Positions 10,223 to 20,421 of a DNA stretch of 64,000 bases are shown here, in pieces. The position numbers and the translations under genes are program-made. Source of the DNA: Anaerolineales bacterium (GTDB lineage Bacteria; Chloroflexota; Anaerolineae; Aggregatilineales; UBA2796); NCBI GenBank assembly GCA_015075625.1, contig JABTTZ010000001.1, positions 2,047,021 to 2,111,020 of the forward strand. Reading direction: 5' to 3'. The notes under the pieces are model-generated. The model made no database searches. It saw nothing but the letters and a program-made list of their open reading frames with translations, and was not told the DNA's origin. Position 1 is the stretch's first letter. The number at the start of each line of letters is the position of its first letter.

Positions 10223-12430
10223 ATGTCCGATGTTCTCGAAGCACTGGTGGGGTATGTTCTGATTGCGGGCGGACGGGCGGTGAGCGCCCCTCCCCCCGGC
10301 GCCATTGTTGAACTACCGCCCCGCAAAACCCAGCGCGGACGGGAACAAGACACATTCTTCGCGCTCATCGTGCCAGCGGGCAAAACACACCAACCCGCCC
10401 CCTTTTATGAGGGGTTGGTGCGCTATGCCGCCGATCTCTACTTTCGGGCAGGGGGGAGCGTCACCAGCGGGCTGCGCGATGTGCTGAACGCAATCAACCA
10501 GCAGCTTTTGGATCACACCGCAAACACCGGAAATAAAGCTGAAATCGGCATGGCGGCGGTAGTCTTGCGCGGGGCGGAAATTTACCTAGCGAAGGCGGGC
10601 GCGACACTGTGCGCGCTAAAACAAACCGACGATTTCACCACCCTCCCCGCCGACCTCAGCGATGCCCTCAACAGCGACCCCTTTAATCTTGGCACAAGCA
10701 CACACCCCGATGTGCGGCTTGCCCGCTATGAGGTTGCCTCTGGCGATGCGCTCTGCCTTGCCGATCTGAACCTTGCCCGCATTGAGCCAGTAGCACTGGA
10801 AGCAGCCCTTGCCAAAGGCAATCTTCCCAATGTGATCGAGGGCATTAAGGCGCTTGCCCCTGCCCAAATCCAAGCGATGATTATCGAATTTGTCTCCACA
10901 GACACGCCCGATCCGGTGCTGCCGCCCTCGCGCCCGGTCAGCACGGCTGCCCCTAGCAGCGGCGTCCTCGTCACCAGCGTCAGCAAACCGCCCAAACGTC
11001 CCACAGGGACAATCCGTATTCCGCTCACCCCCTCAACGCCCGCCAAACAGACGCTCACCCTCCCCACTCAGGAAGGGACGGTGGAGGCATCAGAGGGAGA
11101 TGAGGACACAACACCCCCAACGGAGGGAGCGCCGACCCTTCTCTCGCGGATAGGCAGCGCGGCGGGGTGGTTTGGCGGTGGGCTCAGCCGTGCGGTGGAT
11201 CGGCTGCTGCCCGAACCAACAGAAGATGGGTCGCCGCGCCTTCCGGTCATGTTCGCCGCGGCGCTGGCAATTGCCGTCCCTGTGCTGATTGTCTTTGTGA
11301 TCGTTGCCCTGCGGCTCTCGCAGTTCGATATGACGCAATTTGAACAACAGGTGCAAGAGGTGTTGAAGGCAGCCGAACAGGCGCGGGTGATCGCCCTTGC
11401 TGATGTGCCAAATGCCCGCGCCGCATGGATGGAAGTGCTGCGTCGTGTGGAGGGCGTGGAAATTGCTTCCGGGCGGACGGGCGACCCTGAACTGCTGAAA
11501 GTACGCGCCGAAGCGCAAGGGATTCTCGATCAGTTTGACAAAGTGACGCGGCGAACGCCGGTTGCCCTGCGCAATTTTGGGACAGGCGCCGTGATGAGCG
11601 ATCCGATCATACGCGGCGGGGCGGATGTCTACACGCTGGATCGGGCGTCGAGCGCCATTTACCGCGACACCTTGAATCCGAACAGTGTCGCCCTCATCAC
11701 CCGCAACGCGCAGCCAGTGGTTCAACGGGGGCAGTCGGTGGGGGCGTTCTCCGTCCGCCAGATCATCGACATGGCGTGGGTCAGCGAGGGCGGCACACAG
11801 CGGGCAAACGTCCTCGCTGCGCTCGATACACAAGGGCTGCTGATCACCTACTCGCCTACCTTTGCTCCGGCAACGGCACAGCGCTTACCAGGGGCAGATT
11901 TATGGGGCGATCCGGTGGCGATGTATGTGTGGCGCGGCAACCTTTACCTGCTTGACCCAACGGAAAACCAGATTTGGCGCTATCGTCCGGTGGGGAATAG
12001 CTATCCCAACCCGCCAGAAACCTACTTTGAGCCGGATGATCGTCCCGACCTCTCGTTAGGTGTTGATCTCGCCATTGATACGGCGGGGAATGTCTATGTT
12101 TTGTTTGCCGATGGGCTGCTTGGCAAATACAATGGGGGGACGCCGCTGAAGTTCGTCTACACGGAAATGCCCGATGGCGGCGCTCCCCGCAGCGCAGCCG
12201 CGATGTTCCTTGACGCCGATTCCCCCCTTCCAGCAATTTATGTGGTCGATCCCAAAGATCAGTCCGTCTACCAAATCACCCTATCGGGGGCGTTTCGCTA
12301 TCGGTTTCGGGCGGCAGATGGGGCGATGTTCAGCGGGGTGACCAGCGTATTTGTGACGGGGAACACCGTTTATGTGGCGGCGGGGTCGGTTTTGTACTCA
12401 TTTTCCCTTAACGACCTGACGGGGGGGTAG
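10223..12430 (+). CDS. Single-pass membrane protein: N-terminal divergent PP2C-like domain, one TM helix, C-terminal beta-propeller-like repeats
   Basis: PP2C-like blocks ALIVPAGK (DGxGG position) and MAAVVLRGAEIYLAKAGATLCAL (GDSR block with Asp replaced); TM LPVMFAAALAIAVPVLIVFVIVAL; C-terminal NVYVLFADG / TVYVAAG repeat units. ATG coupled to DegV stop. Confidence 0.55.
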   Translation: MSDVLEALVGYVLIAGGRAVSAPPPGAIVELPPRKTQRGREQDTFFALIVPAGKTHQPAPFYEGLVRYAADLYFRAGGSVTSGLRDVLNAINQQLLDHTANTGNKAEIGMAAVVLRGAEIYLAKAGATLCALKQTDDFTTLPADLSDALNSDPFNLGTSTHPDVRLARYEVASGDALCLADLNLARIEPVALEAALAKGNLPNVIEGIKALAPAQIQAMIIEFVSTDTPDPVLPPSRPVSTAAPSSGVLVTSVSKPPKRPTGTIRIPLTPSTPAKQTLTLPTQEGTVEASEGDEDTTPPTEGAPTLLSRIGSAAGWFGGGLSRAVDRLLPEPTEDGSPRLPVMFAAALAIAVPVLIVFVIVALRLSQFDMTQFEQQVQEVLKAAEQARVIALADVPNARAAWMEVLRRVEGVEIASGRTGDPELLKVRAEAQGILDQFDKVTRRTPVALRNFGTGAVMSDPIIRGGADVYTLDRASSAIYRDTLNPNSVALITRNAQPVVQRGQSVGAFSVRQIIDMAWVSEGGTQRANVLAALDTQGLLITYSPTFAPATAQRLPGADLWGDPVAMYVWRGNLYLLDPTENQIWRYRPVGNSYPNPPETYFEPDDRPDLSLGVDLAIDTAGNVYVLFADGLLGKYNGGTPLKFVYTEMPDGGAPRSAAAMFLDADSPLPAIYVVDPKDQSVYQITLSGAFRYRFRAADGAMFSGVTSVFVTGNTVYVAAGSVLYSFSLNDLTGG

Positions 12431-12458
12431 GGCGGGGCTGCGCCCCACCCGCCCCCTA
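12423..12458. terminator. GC-rich imperfect hairpin between convergent genes (possible bidirectional terminator)
   Basis: gggggtagggcggggctgcgccccacccgccccctacagg between stop of 10223..12430 (+) and stop of GH9 (-). No clear T-tract. Confidence 0.3.
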
Positions 12459-12462
12459 CAGG

Positions 12463-14787
12463 CTAACGACTGAGATAGGCAGCCAGCGCCACAAAGGTGG
12501 CGTTGGCGTCAATCGTTGGTTCGTTGGACGCCCATGAATCAAAGTCATCGGTATAGCAGAGTGCCGGCGGCGCACCCGCGCTCCACAAGCCCATGAGTGC
12601 CGCATCACCGCCCGCATTTTCACGGTTTGCCCCTTCGGTTACCACACCGGGAAGTGCCAGACGGAAGCGGTAGCTCACGTTATGATGCGGATAGAGGACG
12701 CTGTTTTCACCCATCCCGCTCAGATAGAACTTCGATACTGGGTTTTTCCCTAGCAGATAGTGCATCTGCGCCGCTGCCACATGGTGGTAATCCTCGTTGG
12801 GATCGATGTCATAGGCAAGCATCAGGTATAAGCCATGCGCCAGCGCCACCTGATTTGACCCCCAGACATAGGCAAACCCCGCTGCACTGTGGTTGAGCGC
12901 AACGCCATAGCCTGTTTTGCGAGCAACTTCGACAATTTCTCCGGCGCCGGCTAAAAATGCCTCTCGTACTGCCGCCTGCTGCTGCGGATCGGCCTTAGGG
13001 GCGGTGAGATAAGCATAAAGCCCCTGCGGAAAGGTGTTCGCCCATGTCATCGTTAGCTGCGGCGCCGCTTGGGGAAATAAAGTCGCAACCGCCCGCTCAT
13101 AGTCGGGATTGCCTGTTGTCTTGAACAACTCTGCCGCCGCCCACAGGCGGGTTGCCTCCTCACTGCCCACATAGTCATAGCCACCCTGCATGGGGTATTC
13201 GCTCTCTGGCGGGTTTTGGAAACCGCCCTCTGGGACTTGATTGGGGTGCGCCGCCAACCATGCCCAGGCCCGTTCTGCCGCCGCCAGATAGCGATCTGCG
13301 GCATCGGGATCGATGGGGCGGAAAATCCCCGCCGCTTGCGCCATTGCCGCCGCAAAAAACGCCGTGTCATTGCTGGTAATGCCGAACACATAGAGCGGGT
13401 CGCTGTCCTCGGCGGGCAAGGTGCCAAAGTTGGGGAAGGCGCGTCCGGTCACTTTATGATGGACAGCGCCATCTTCCCGCTGCATTTTCAGCAGCCAATT
13501 CAGTTCCCAGGCAACCTCATCGAGCAGATCGGGAATGCCGTTCCCGCTTTCGGGGAGCGTCAAGGTGCTATCGGCAAAGGCGGTGGGGTTCGCCGCATAT
13601 GCATAGAGCAGTTGGTTGATAGCGAAGGCGCCGGTTGGAATGTAGCGCCCATAATCGCCGGCATCATACCAACCACCACTGACATCCATCGTTTGGGTTG
13701 GATCATCCCACAAGAGGGCGGGCGCAGTGTGACCAGCCTCCCACTGGAAGGTCGGATGATCGGGGTCAGCAAGGGCAATCCCGCTCCGCTGCCAATAAAA
13801 GAAACGGGCGGCAAGGTGCGTCACGTCCCGATAGGCATCTTCGCCAATGGTAAAGGGATAGCTTTCGCCGGCGCCTTCGGCAACAACCTTGTAAGTTCCC
13901 GCTCGCCGCAGCGAGTTAAAGCGCCCCCAATACACAGTTTGGTCGGTGTCGGCATCGGGTCCCCAGCGCACAGCTTTCCCCTTAAAGACAACTTCCCCGC
14001 TGCCCACTTCGATAATTTGAAAATCACCGACGGGAACAATGGCGACAAAGGCTTTCCGTTCGTCTGGACGGTAGTATTGGCTTAGGCGTATCATGGGCAA
14101 ATCAGCAAAAAAGGTCGTGTAATCGGGCGGTGCGTTGAGGTCTTTCGTGGAAACAACCCGAATATCATCAAACCAGAGCGTCCCCGTGAGCCGCTCATCG
14201 CCCAATGCTTCCAGCGCGATCTCAAGACTTTCAATCGGGTTGGCAGCAAAGACGGTCAATCCTTCTGTTCCCATCCATGTCAGGCGCTTAAAGGCAGACC
14301 AGGGGATCATAATCTCTTGCCACCCCTGATCGGCGCCTTCGGGGGTGTGAATCAGCGCCGCAAAGGGGGTCTTGCCCGGCGACTGCGCTGAGGTTTGCGT
14401 TGGATCATTCAGGTGAAGGACGATGTTCACCGGCAGTCCGGCTTTATCGGCGCGGAGTTTGAACACAATGCCCTCACCATCGCGCCAATCGGGGGTGATC
14501 CCGAAGTCCATTCCGATTCCGGCGTAGCCTTTTGCCGCCACGTCGAGATCAAGGCGTAGCGAGCCTATCCCGTTGAAGAACGTCTCTTGATCAATCTTCG
14601 CCGAAAACGTTGTTTTTTCGGGAGAGTTATCGGTATATGTCCACCAGCGCCCCACGACGCTTCCACCCTCATAGCCCTGATCAAAGTCATCGATCAAGGT
14701 TGCCGCTTCGGGCGACTGCCCCCGTGCGCCGTGCATGGGGAATAGAAACATAAACAGCAGAACACCTGCCAAGATGAACCGGATCAT
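12463..14787 (-). CDS. Secreted glycoside hydrolase family 9 endoglucanase with N-terminal non-catalytic (CBM/Ig-like) region
   Basis: Signal peptide MIRFILAGVLLFMFLFP; GH9 signatures GGWYDAGDYGRY, HHVAAAQMHYLLGKNP, SNEPTIDANA; SD AGGAGGT 8 nt upstream. Confidence 0.85.
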   Translation of the reverse strand: MIRFILAGVLLFMFLFPMHGARGQSPEAATLIDDFDQGYEGGSVVGRWWTYTDNSPEKTTFSAKIDQETFFNGIGSLRLDLDVAAKGYAGIGMDFGITPDWRDGEGIVFKLRADKAGLPVNIVLHLNDPTQTSAQSPGKTPFAALIHTPEGADQGWQEIMIPWSAFKRLTWMGTEGLTVFAANPIESLEIALEALGDERLTGTLWFDDIRVVSTKDLNAPPDYTTFFADLPMIRLSQYYRPDERKAFVAIVPVGDFQIIEVGSGEVVFKGKAVRWGPDADTDQTVYWGRFNSLRRAGTYKVVAEGAGESYPFTIGEDAYRDVTHLAARFFYWQRSGIALADPDHPTFQWEAGHTAPALLWDDPTQTMDVSGGWYDAGDYGRYIPTGAFAINQLLYAYAANPTAFADSTLTLPESGNGIPDLLDEVAWELNWLLKMQREDGAVHHKVTGRAFPNFGTLPAEDSDPLYVFGITSNDTAFFAAAMAQAAGIFRPIDPDAADRYLAAAERAWAWLAAHPNQVPEGGFQNPPESEYPMQGGYDYVGSEEATRLWAAAELFKTTGNPDYERAVATLFPQAAPQLTMTWANTFPQGLYAYLTAPKADPQQQAAVREAFLAGAGEIVEVARKTGYGVALNHSAAGFAYVWGSNQVALAHGLYLMLAYDIDPNEDYHHVAAAQMHYLLGKNPVSKFYLSGMGENSVLYPHHNVSYRFRLALPGVVTEGANRENAGGDAALMGLWSAGAPPALCYTDDFDSWASNEPTIDANATFVALAAYLSR

Positions 14788-14803
14788 CAGAAATACCTCC
14801 TAT

Positions 14804-15667
14804 TCACGCTTTGACTGCCCCCGCCGTCATCCCTCGCAAAAATTGACGTTGGATCAAGAACACAAGGAAAATTGCCGGAATCGTGGCGAGCGCCGCGCCC
14901 GCCATCTGGATCCCCTCCACAACTGCCCCCTGCCGCACCTGCATCTGGGCAATGCCCAAAGGCAAGGTGAACATCTCTGGCTTACGGATCATCAACAGGG
15001 GCCACAAATATTCATTCCAAATGCCCAAGAACTTGATGACCAACAGGGTGCCAATTGCCGGACGGCTGAGCGGCACCACAATGTACCAAAAGGTGCGCAG
15101 CGGACCCGCCCCATCAATACGCGCCGAGTCCAACAGTTCATTGGGAATCCCTCGCATGTATTGGGTGAGCAGAAAAATGCCATAGGCATCGATAATACCG
15201 GGAATGATCAGCGCCTCATAGCGATCCAGCCAGCCGTATACCCGTGAAAACATGTAAAAGGATGGGATGAGCGTGGCATAGATAGGCAGCATCATCGTGG
15301 CGAGCATCGTCCAAAAGAGGATCGTCCGCCCCCGAAATTTGAACTTAGCGAAGGCGAACGCCGCCAATGAATCGAGGGTGGTCACCAGCAGCAGACTAAC
15401 CCCCGCCACAAAGATGCTGTTCAGGTAGTAGCGCGGATAGTCGATCTTCAGTTCAACATTGCCCACCTTTTGCCCAAACAACAGCCGTTCATATTGAATG
15501 AAGCTAGGGTTTGAGGGGAAAAACTGCCCACTGTGCAGTTCCCCATCGGGCTTGAATGAGGTGGACACCACCCACATATAAGGAATTAAATAGAGCAGCA
15601 TCGGGATGCACAACAGTGCGGCGATGATCCATTTGACCGTTTTACCCCGTCGGGTGAGTGTAACCAT
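14804..15667 (-). CDS. Carbohydrate ABC transporter permease (MalG-like)
   Basis: EAA loop LLDSARIDGAGPLRTFWYIVVPL; 6 TM; SD GGAGG. Confidence 0.85.
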   Translation of the reverse strand: MVTLTRRGKTVKWIIAALLCIPMLLYLIPYMWVVSTSFKPDGELHSGQFFPSNPSFIQYERLLFGQKVGNVELKIDYPRYYLNSIFVAGVSLLLVTTLDSLAAFAFAKFKFRGRTILFWTMLATMMLPIYATLIPSFYMFSRVYGWLDRYEALIIPGIIDAYGIFLLTQYMRGIPNELLDSARIDGAGPLRTFWYIVVPLSRPAIGTLLVIKFLGIWNEYLWPLLMIRKPEMFTLPLGIAQMQVRQGAVVEGIQMAGAALATIPAIFLVFLIQRQFLRGMTAGAVKA

Positions 15668-15693
15668 CGAACAACCTCCAACCTTCTGCGCCT

Positions 15694-16647
15694 TTAGTCG
15701 TGTGTTGTGCCGCCTTTGAAGAAGCGTGTATTGATGAAACTGGCAACGAACATCATCAGCGTTAAGGTGATGGCAATTGCCGAGGCATAGCCAAATTCCT
15801 GTTTGGAAAAGGCGCGGTCATAGAGATAGCGGGCGATGGTCTCTACCCGATGGCGGGGATCGTTGGGGACAAGCAGCGCGGGCTGAACAAAAATCCCTAA
15901 AAGGAAGATCACCCCAGTGGTCATGATGAAAAACAAGACGTTTTGCAGCAGCGGCAGGGTGATTCGGAAAAAGAGTTGATTCTCATTTGCCCCATCCAGC
16001 CGCGCTGCCTCGTAGTATTCCGTCGGGATGTTGCGCAGGGCTGAGGAAACGATGAGAACATCCCACCCCAAGCCGCTCCAGATCAGCATCACATTTAATG
16101 CCCAGATTGCGTTTGTCCCGCCGAGGAAGTCTGCGCGTTCCCCGCCCAACGCCACCAATAACCCGTTGACGGGTCCGTAATTTGTGTTGAGAAGCTGTCG
16201 CCACAAATAGGCAATGACGACGACAGAGGTCACCGCTGGCAAGAAAAAGGTGGCACGGAAAATACCCCCCAACCAATCGGGCATCCGGTCAATCAACACG
16301 GCGATGAGGACGGCTAATGCCGCGCCGATGACCGCACAAAAGAGGGTGATCCGCAGCGTGACGCCGACACTGTTCCAAAAGCGGGCATCGTTGAACAGGT
16401 TGGTAAAGTTATCAAACACGCCATCCAGCGGAATGAAACTCTTGCCCGCATCGGCGTAAGGATCCCAGCGATGAAGGCTTAAAAAAACCGAAAAGCCAAT
16501 CGGGAACAGTTGAAACGCCAAAAATGCCAAAAAAAACGGTGCAACAAAGACATAGGGCGCGTTTTTCTCCCAGAATCGCCCTGTGCGGTATGGTTTCTCG
16601 CCCGTCAGGGTTCGGGAGGCGAACAATCGAGATGCTAGTTGAGACAT
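15694..16647 (-). CDS. Carbohydrate ABC transporter permease (MalF-like)
   Basis: EAARLDGANENQLFFRITLPLL. Start chosen at MSQLASRLF (SD GGAAGG); ORF track extends to 16755. Confidence 0.8.
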   Translation of the reverse strand: MSQLASRLFASRTLTGEKPYRTGRFWEKNAPYVFVAPFFLAFLAFQLFPIGFSVFLSLHRWDPYADAGKSFIPLDGVFDNFTNLFNDARFWNSVGVTLRITLFCAVIGAALAVLIAVLIDRMPDWLGGIFRATFFLPAVTSVVVIAYLWRQLLNTNYGPVNGLLVALGGERADFLGGTNAIWALNVMLIWSGLGWDVLIVSSALRNIPTEYYEAARLDGANENQLFFRITLPLLQNVLFFIMTTGVIFLLGIFVQPALLVPNDPRHRVETIARYLYDRAFSKQEFGYASAIAITLTLMMFVASFINTRFFKGGTTHD

Positions 16648-16774
16648 GCGAACCTTCCAGTGACCCAACGCCGCACGGTATGACAAAAGGTAGGTATGAT
16701 AGAGACAGGGCGACGACACGGGCATTGGGAAGCACCGCCAAGCGCTTGGTCCCAATGCCCGCCAGAAGAAAGGC

Positions 16775-18040
16775 TTACTTCAGCGCCGGACTAGATGCCA
16801 CCGCGTTATCGAGTGATTCTTTCACGTCGCCGCCCTCTTTCGTCACGATGTAAATCGCTTCGCCAAGATGTTCGGCAACTTCCGCCGAGGGTAATTCCAT
16901 CCCGCGCACCTGCACCGCCCATTCAGAGATCAGCTTTGCCAGCGGTACACCGAGGTACTCGTTGTCTTGGCTTAGGTCAATGTGCTGCCATGCCGTCTGG
17001 AGGGCAGGGACGCCACCGACCTTCTCATAGTAGGTTGCCATGACTTCGGGCTGTTCCATATAAACCAAGAATTGGCGGGCGAGGTCTTGTGCCTTCGATG
17101 CCTTCGGAATGGAGAAGCACGCCCCACCTGTGGAGGCGTGGTATTTCCGGTCTTCAGGACCAAAGGGCATGGGCGCAACGCCCCATTTGCCTTCCAACTC
17201 TGGGGCGACGGCTGCCAGTTCGGTGGCATACCATGAGCCACGCATCACGGCGAGAACTTCGCCATTCTTCAGCGCGGCAGCCTGATCGCCATCGGAAGCA
17301 TCGTCCCACAAGCGGGCAACTTTGTAGGTGTTGGCGAGGTCGTTGTAGAGCGTCAGCGCTGCCACCGCCGCCTCGTTGTTATAGAGGTAGGTGCTGCCAT
17401 CTTCGCTGACCAAGCGCCCGTTGTAGGGCGTCAGGAAGCCCTGATAGAACCCGTAGTAGTCATTGACACCGAGCAGAATGGCATACTGCTTGTCTTTTGT
17501 GATTGCCTGCGCAACCTTCACAAAATCGGCTGTGTTAGCGGGGAAGCCATCCAGCCCTGCCGCCTTGATTGCCGGGTCATAGATATCTTTGCGGTAAAAC
17601 ACCACATTGAAATCGAGATCGGCGGGAACGCCATATTGTTTGCCGGCGTACCCGCACAGTTCCCAACCGCCCCCAGTGAAGTCTGCCGGGTTCAGTTCGT
17701 TCTCGATTCCATCCAAAGCAACCACTGCCCCATTGCGGATCAGATCGCCCGCCCACATGGGATCAAGGGTCACCACATCAGGCGCGTTTTCCCCGGCGGC
17801 AAGCGCCGTGACCACCGCATCCCGATAGGGATCGTACTCAAACCGCTCAATATTCACCGTAACGCCCGGGTGCGCCGCCTCAAAGCCGGGTTTGATGCTG
17901 TCCAGCCAATCTGCCGTCCAAACAAACCCCCACACGGTGATCGTCTGCTCTTGGGCAGCTTGTGCCGGATGTGTGCTAGGCGCAGCGGCTATCAGCAGCA
18001 GCGCCACCACCACAAAGAGTAAACCAACTTTCTTAATCAT
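16775..18040 (-). CDS. ABC transporter sugar-binding protein (solute-binding family 1), secreted
   Basis: Signal peptide MIKKVGLLFVVVALLLIAAAP; family-1 SBP fold; SD GGAGGAG. Confidence 0.85.
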   Translation of the reverse strand: MIKKVGLLFVVVALLLIAAAPSTHPAQAAQEQTITVWGFVWTADWLDSIKPGFEAAHPGVTVNIERFEYDPYRDAVVTALAAGENAPDVVTLDPMWAGDLIRNGAVVALDGIENELNPADFTGGGWELCGYAGKQYGVPADLDFNVVFYRKDIYDPAIKAAGLDGFPANTADFVKVAQAITKDKQYAILLGVNDYYGFYQGFLTPYNGRLVSEDGSTYLYNNEAAVAALTLYNDLANTYKVARLWDDASDGDQAAALKNGEVLAVMRGSWYATELAAVAPELEGKWGVAPMPFGPEDRKYHASTGGACFSIPKASKAQDLARQFLVYMEQPEVMATYYEKVGGVPALQTAWQHIDLSQDNEYLGVPLAKLISEWAVQVRGMELPSAEVAEHLGEAIYIVTKEGGDVKESLDNAVASSPALK

Positions 18041-18124
18041 CGAACAACTCCTCCAAACCTTTCGGACATTTTGGTGATCGTTTCACACAGCGCCCCATCG
18101 AAAAGCGCCATGACTCACCCAACC

Positions 18125-19150
18125 TTAGAGCGCCATCTGCTTGCGCAGTGTGGCTAAAAACCCATCCCCTGTGGGGTAGGCGCAGCGATCCGCTGCCAAA
18201 AGCGCCGCCCCAACAACGGGGGGCTGGTTTAAACGCTGCACAACAACCTGTGGTGCAGCGGAAGCAAGCTGATCTCGAATGGTGTCAGTGAGCAAGGGGT
18301 TTGCCGCCCGAAACACGCCGCCGCCGAGGACGACATCACAATCCGTCCCCAATAGATCGAGGCAGCGCAGCATCGTGAGTGCCGCCGTACTAAGTTCTAG
18401 CCCCTGTTCGCGGATGATCCCTTGCGCAAGCGCATCCCCCGCCGCCGCTGTCTCAAAGAGCAGCGGGACAAGCGCCCGCATCTGATCGGCGGAAATCGTC
18501 CCGTTTTCGTAATCGGCAGCGAGGGTCAGGTAATCAGGCTTTTGCCATAGGCGCAAAATGGCGCCTTCCAAGAGGGTTGGCGCTCCGCGTCCATCCCACG
18601 CACGAAAGGCAGCCCCAACCGCCTCTATCGCTAGATGATCGCCCCCCGCTCGATCTCCGGTGAACCCACCGAGTGCCGGAAAGCGAAGCTCGCGCCCGTG
18701 TTGATCGACACCGCCCGCATTGAAGCCCGTCCCACAGACGACGCCGACCCCATAGGGAAAGCGGCTGCCCGCCCGAAAAATGCCGATCACATCGTTATAG
18801 ACTTCAAAGGAACAGCCCAACGGCAGCGCGGTGAACGCCTCACGCAGGCGGGTAAAATCTTGGGGAAGGTCTGCCCCCGCCATGCAAAATGCGGCGCTTT
18901 CGAGGGCAAGAGACCCAGTACCAGACAGATCAGCGCCACTTGTTTGAGCCTCTGCCACCGCCTGCCCAATAGCGCTGCGGGCATTGGCGATCACTTCTGC
19001 CATGCCTGCGGTGTGGTAATTCCCGCGCCCGCTCCGCCCTTTTCCTAAGACCATGCCCCGCCCATCAAGGATGAGGGCGTCCGTTTTTGAGCCGCCGCCA
19101 TCAACGCCGAGGAAATAGGGGGGGAGAGGTGTGCCTGCCGTGCCGGTCAT
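18125..19150 (-). CDS. BadF/BadG/BcrA/BcrD-type ATPase, N-acetylglucosamine-kinase-like sugar kinase
   Basis: YFLGVDGGGSKTDALILDGRGMVLGKG... (ASKHA phosphate-1 motif). Start at MTGTAGTP gives ATGA overlap with the upstream GH4 stop. Confidence 0.75.
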   Translation of the reverse strand: MTGTAGTPLPPYFLGVDGGGSKTDALILDGRGMVLGKGRSGRGNYHTAGMAEVIANARSAIGQAVAEAQTSGADLSGTGSLALESAAFCMAGADLPQDFTRLREAFTALPLGCSFEVYNDVIGIFRAGSRFPYGVGVVCGTGFNAGGVDQHGRELRFPALGGFTGDRAGGDHLAIEAVGAAFRAWDGRGAPTLLEGAILRLWQKPDYLTLAADYENGTISADQMRALVPLLFETAAAGDALAQGIIREQGLELSTAALTMLRCLDLLGTDCDVVLGGGVFRAANPLLTDTIRDQLASAAPQVVVQRLNQPPVVGAALLAADRCAYPTGDGFLATLRKQMAL

Positions 19151-20421
19151 GACCCTTCTCCTTTGGGATGGAACTGGGGGAGATAGTCCCAATGGGCGGT
19201 CTTAATCGCCTTCCACAGGGCAACGGCTTTATCCCATGAGCCAACGAGGGGGTTGCTGAACAGCGCCATGATTGCCATATCCTCGCTGCCGGTGACTGCC
19301 GCTTGGATGGTCAGTTCTTCGTATGCCTTCACTGCACCCATCAAGCCGCGCACGGTGGGCGGTAGGCTGCCCATGGTCAAGGGGCGGGCGCCCGTTTTGC
19401 TGACGACGCAGGGGACTTCTACCGCGCAGTCCGGCGGCAGATCGGGGACGGCTGTTCCGTTGCGCGTGTTCACAATCAGCACATCACGGCGATCCAGCGC
19501 AATAGAGCGGATCAATTCCACCGCCGCCGTTGAGTAATGCGCCCCGCCACGTGTTTCCAGCAGTTTGGGCTTTTCGCGCAGGGTGGGGTCGCTGTACAGT
19601 TTTAGCAGTTCCGCTTCCACCGTCTGTAAATATTGCCCCCGACTTTGGGCGGCGTTTTTCTGCTCTTGGAGGACACGATCAGGATGCACGTAGTAGCGCA
19701 AATAGTAGTTGGGCAGCAGTCCAACGGCTTTCAAATAGCCCGCGTCCACCTGCCCGCCGCTTGTCCCCCACTCTGTTGCCAAGACGTGGGCGGTGACATC
19801 CTTGCCATCGACCCACACCCGCGTCCAACTGAGGTGATTCAGCCCCACATACTCAAGTTCAACGGCTTCTAGGGGGACATTGAGCGTCTGGGCAAGGCTG
19901 ATCCGCAAGTTGATCGGCACGTTGCACAGCCCAATGGCGCGGGTCGCGGTGTGACGCAAGATTGCCTCGGTGACGATCCCCGCTGGATTGGTAAAGTTGA
20001 TCAAGGTCGCATCGGGGGAAATGTCTGCCATGCGGCGGGCAATGGTCAGCATCACCGGAATGGTGCGCAGCGCTTTGGCAAAGCCGCCCGGTCCGACGGT
20101 TTCCTGACCCAAGACGCCGTGTGGCAAAGGGAGTTGTTCATCAAGCGCCCGTGCCGCCAAACCGCCAATGCGCATTTGGGTGAGGACAAAATCCATCCCG
20201 TCAAGGGCATCGTCAAGCTGTGTCGTCAGAGACACTTCGACGCCGCACGGCGCTAACATACGCTGCGCCAGCCCGCCAACGGTGCGCAGGCGTTCCTCGG
20301 AAATATCCATCAGCACCAGATGTTCAAGGGGGAGTTCAGCCGCATGGCGAACAAAGCCCTCCACAAGTTCGGGGGTGTAGGTGCTGCCGCCCCCCACCAC
20401 AGCAATTCGCAACGGTTTCAT
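19147..20421 (-). CDS. GH4 6-phospho-beta-glucosidase (CelF/ChbF-like)
   Basis: VVGGGSTYTPELVEGF, GQETVGPGGFAKALRTIPVM, INFTNPAGIVTEAILRHT, GLCNVPI closely match E. coli ChbF blocks. Confidence 0.85.
   Translation of the reverse strand: MKPLRIAVVGGGSTYTPELVEGFVRHAAELPLEHLVLMDISEERLRTVGGLAQRMLAPCGVEVSLTTQLDDALDGMDFVLTQMRIGGLAARALDEQLPLPHGVLGQETVGPGGFAKALRTIPVMLTIARRMADISPDATLINFTNPAGIVTEAILRHTATRAIGLCNVPINLRISLAQTLNVPLEAVELEYVGLNHLSWTRVWVDGKDVTAHVLATEWGTSGGQVDAGYLKAVGLLPNYYLRYYVHPDRVLQEQKNAAQSRGQYLQTVEAELLKLYSDPTLREKPKLLETRGGAHYSTAAVELIRSIALDRRDVLIVNTRNGTAVPDLPPDCAVEVPCVVSKTGARPLTMGSLPPTVRGLMGAVKAYEELTIQAAVTGSEDMAIMALFSNPLVGSWDKAVALWKAIKTAHWDYLPQFHPKGEGS

Noticed and set aside
11090-11833. 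247-aa minus-strand ORF
   Set aside because: Embedded antisense within the 735-aa membrane protein gene; no motifs.
13216-14085. 289-aa plus-strand ORF
   Set aside because: Antisense to the GH9 gene, whose frame has clear family signatures.
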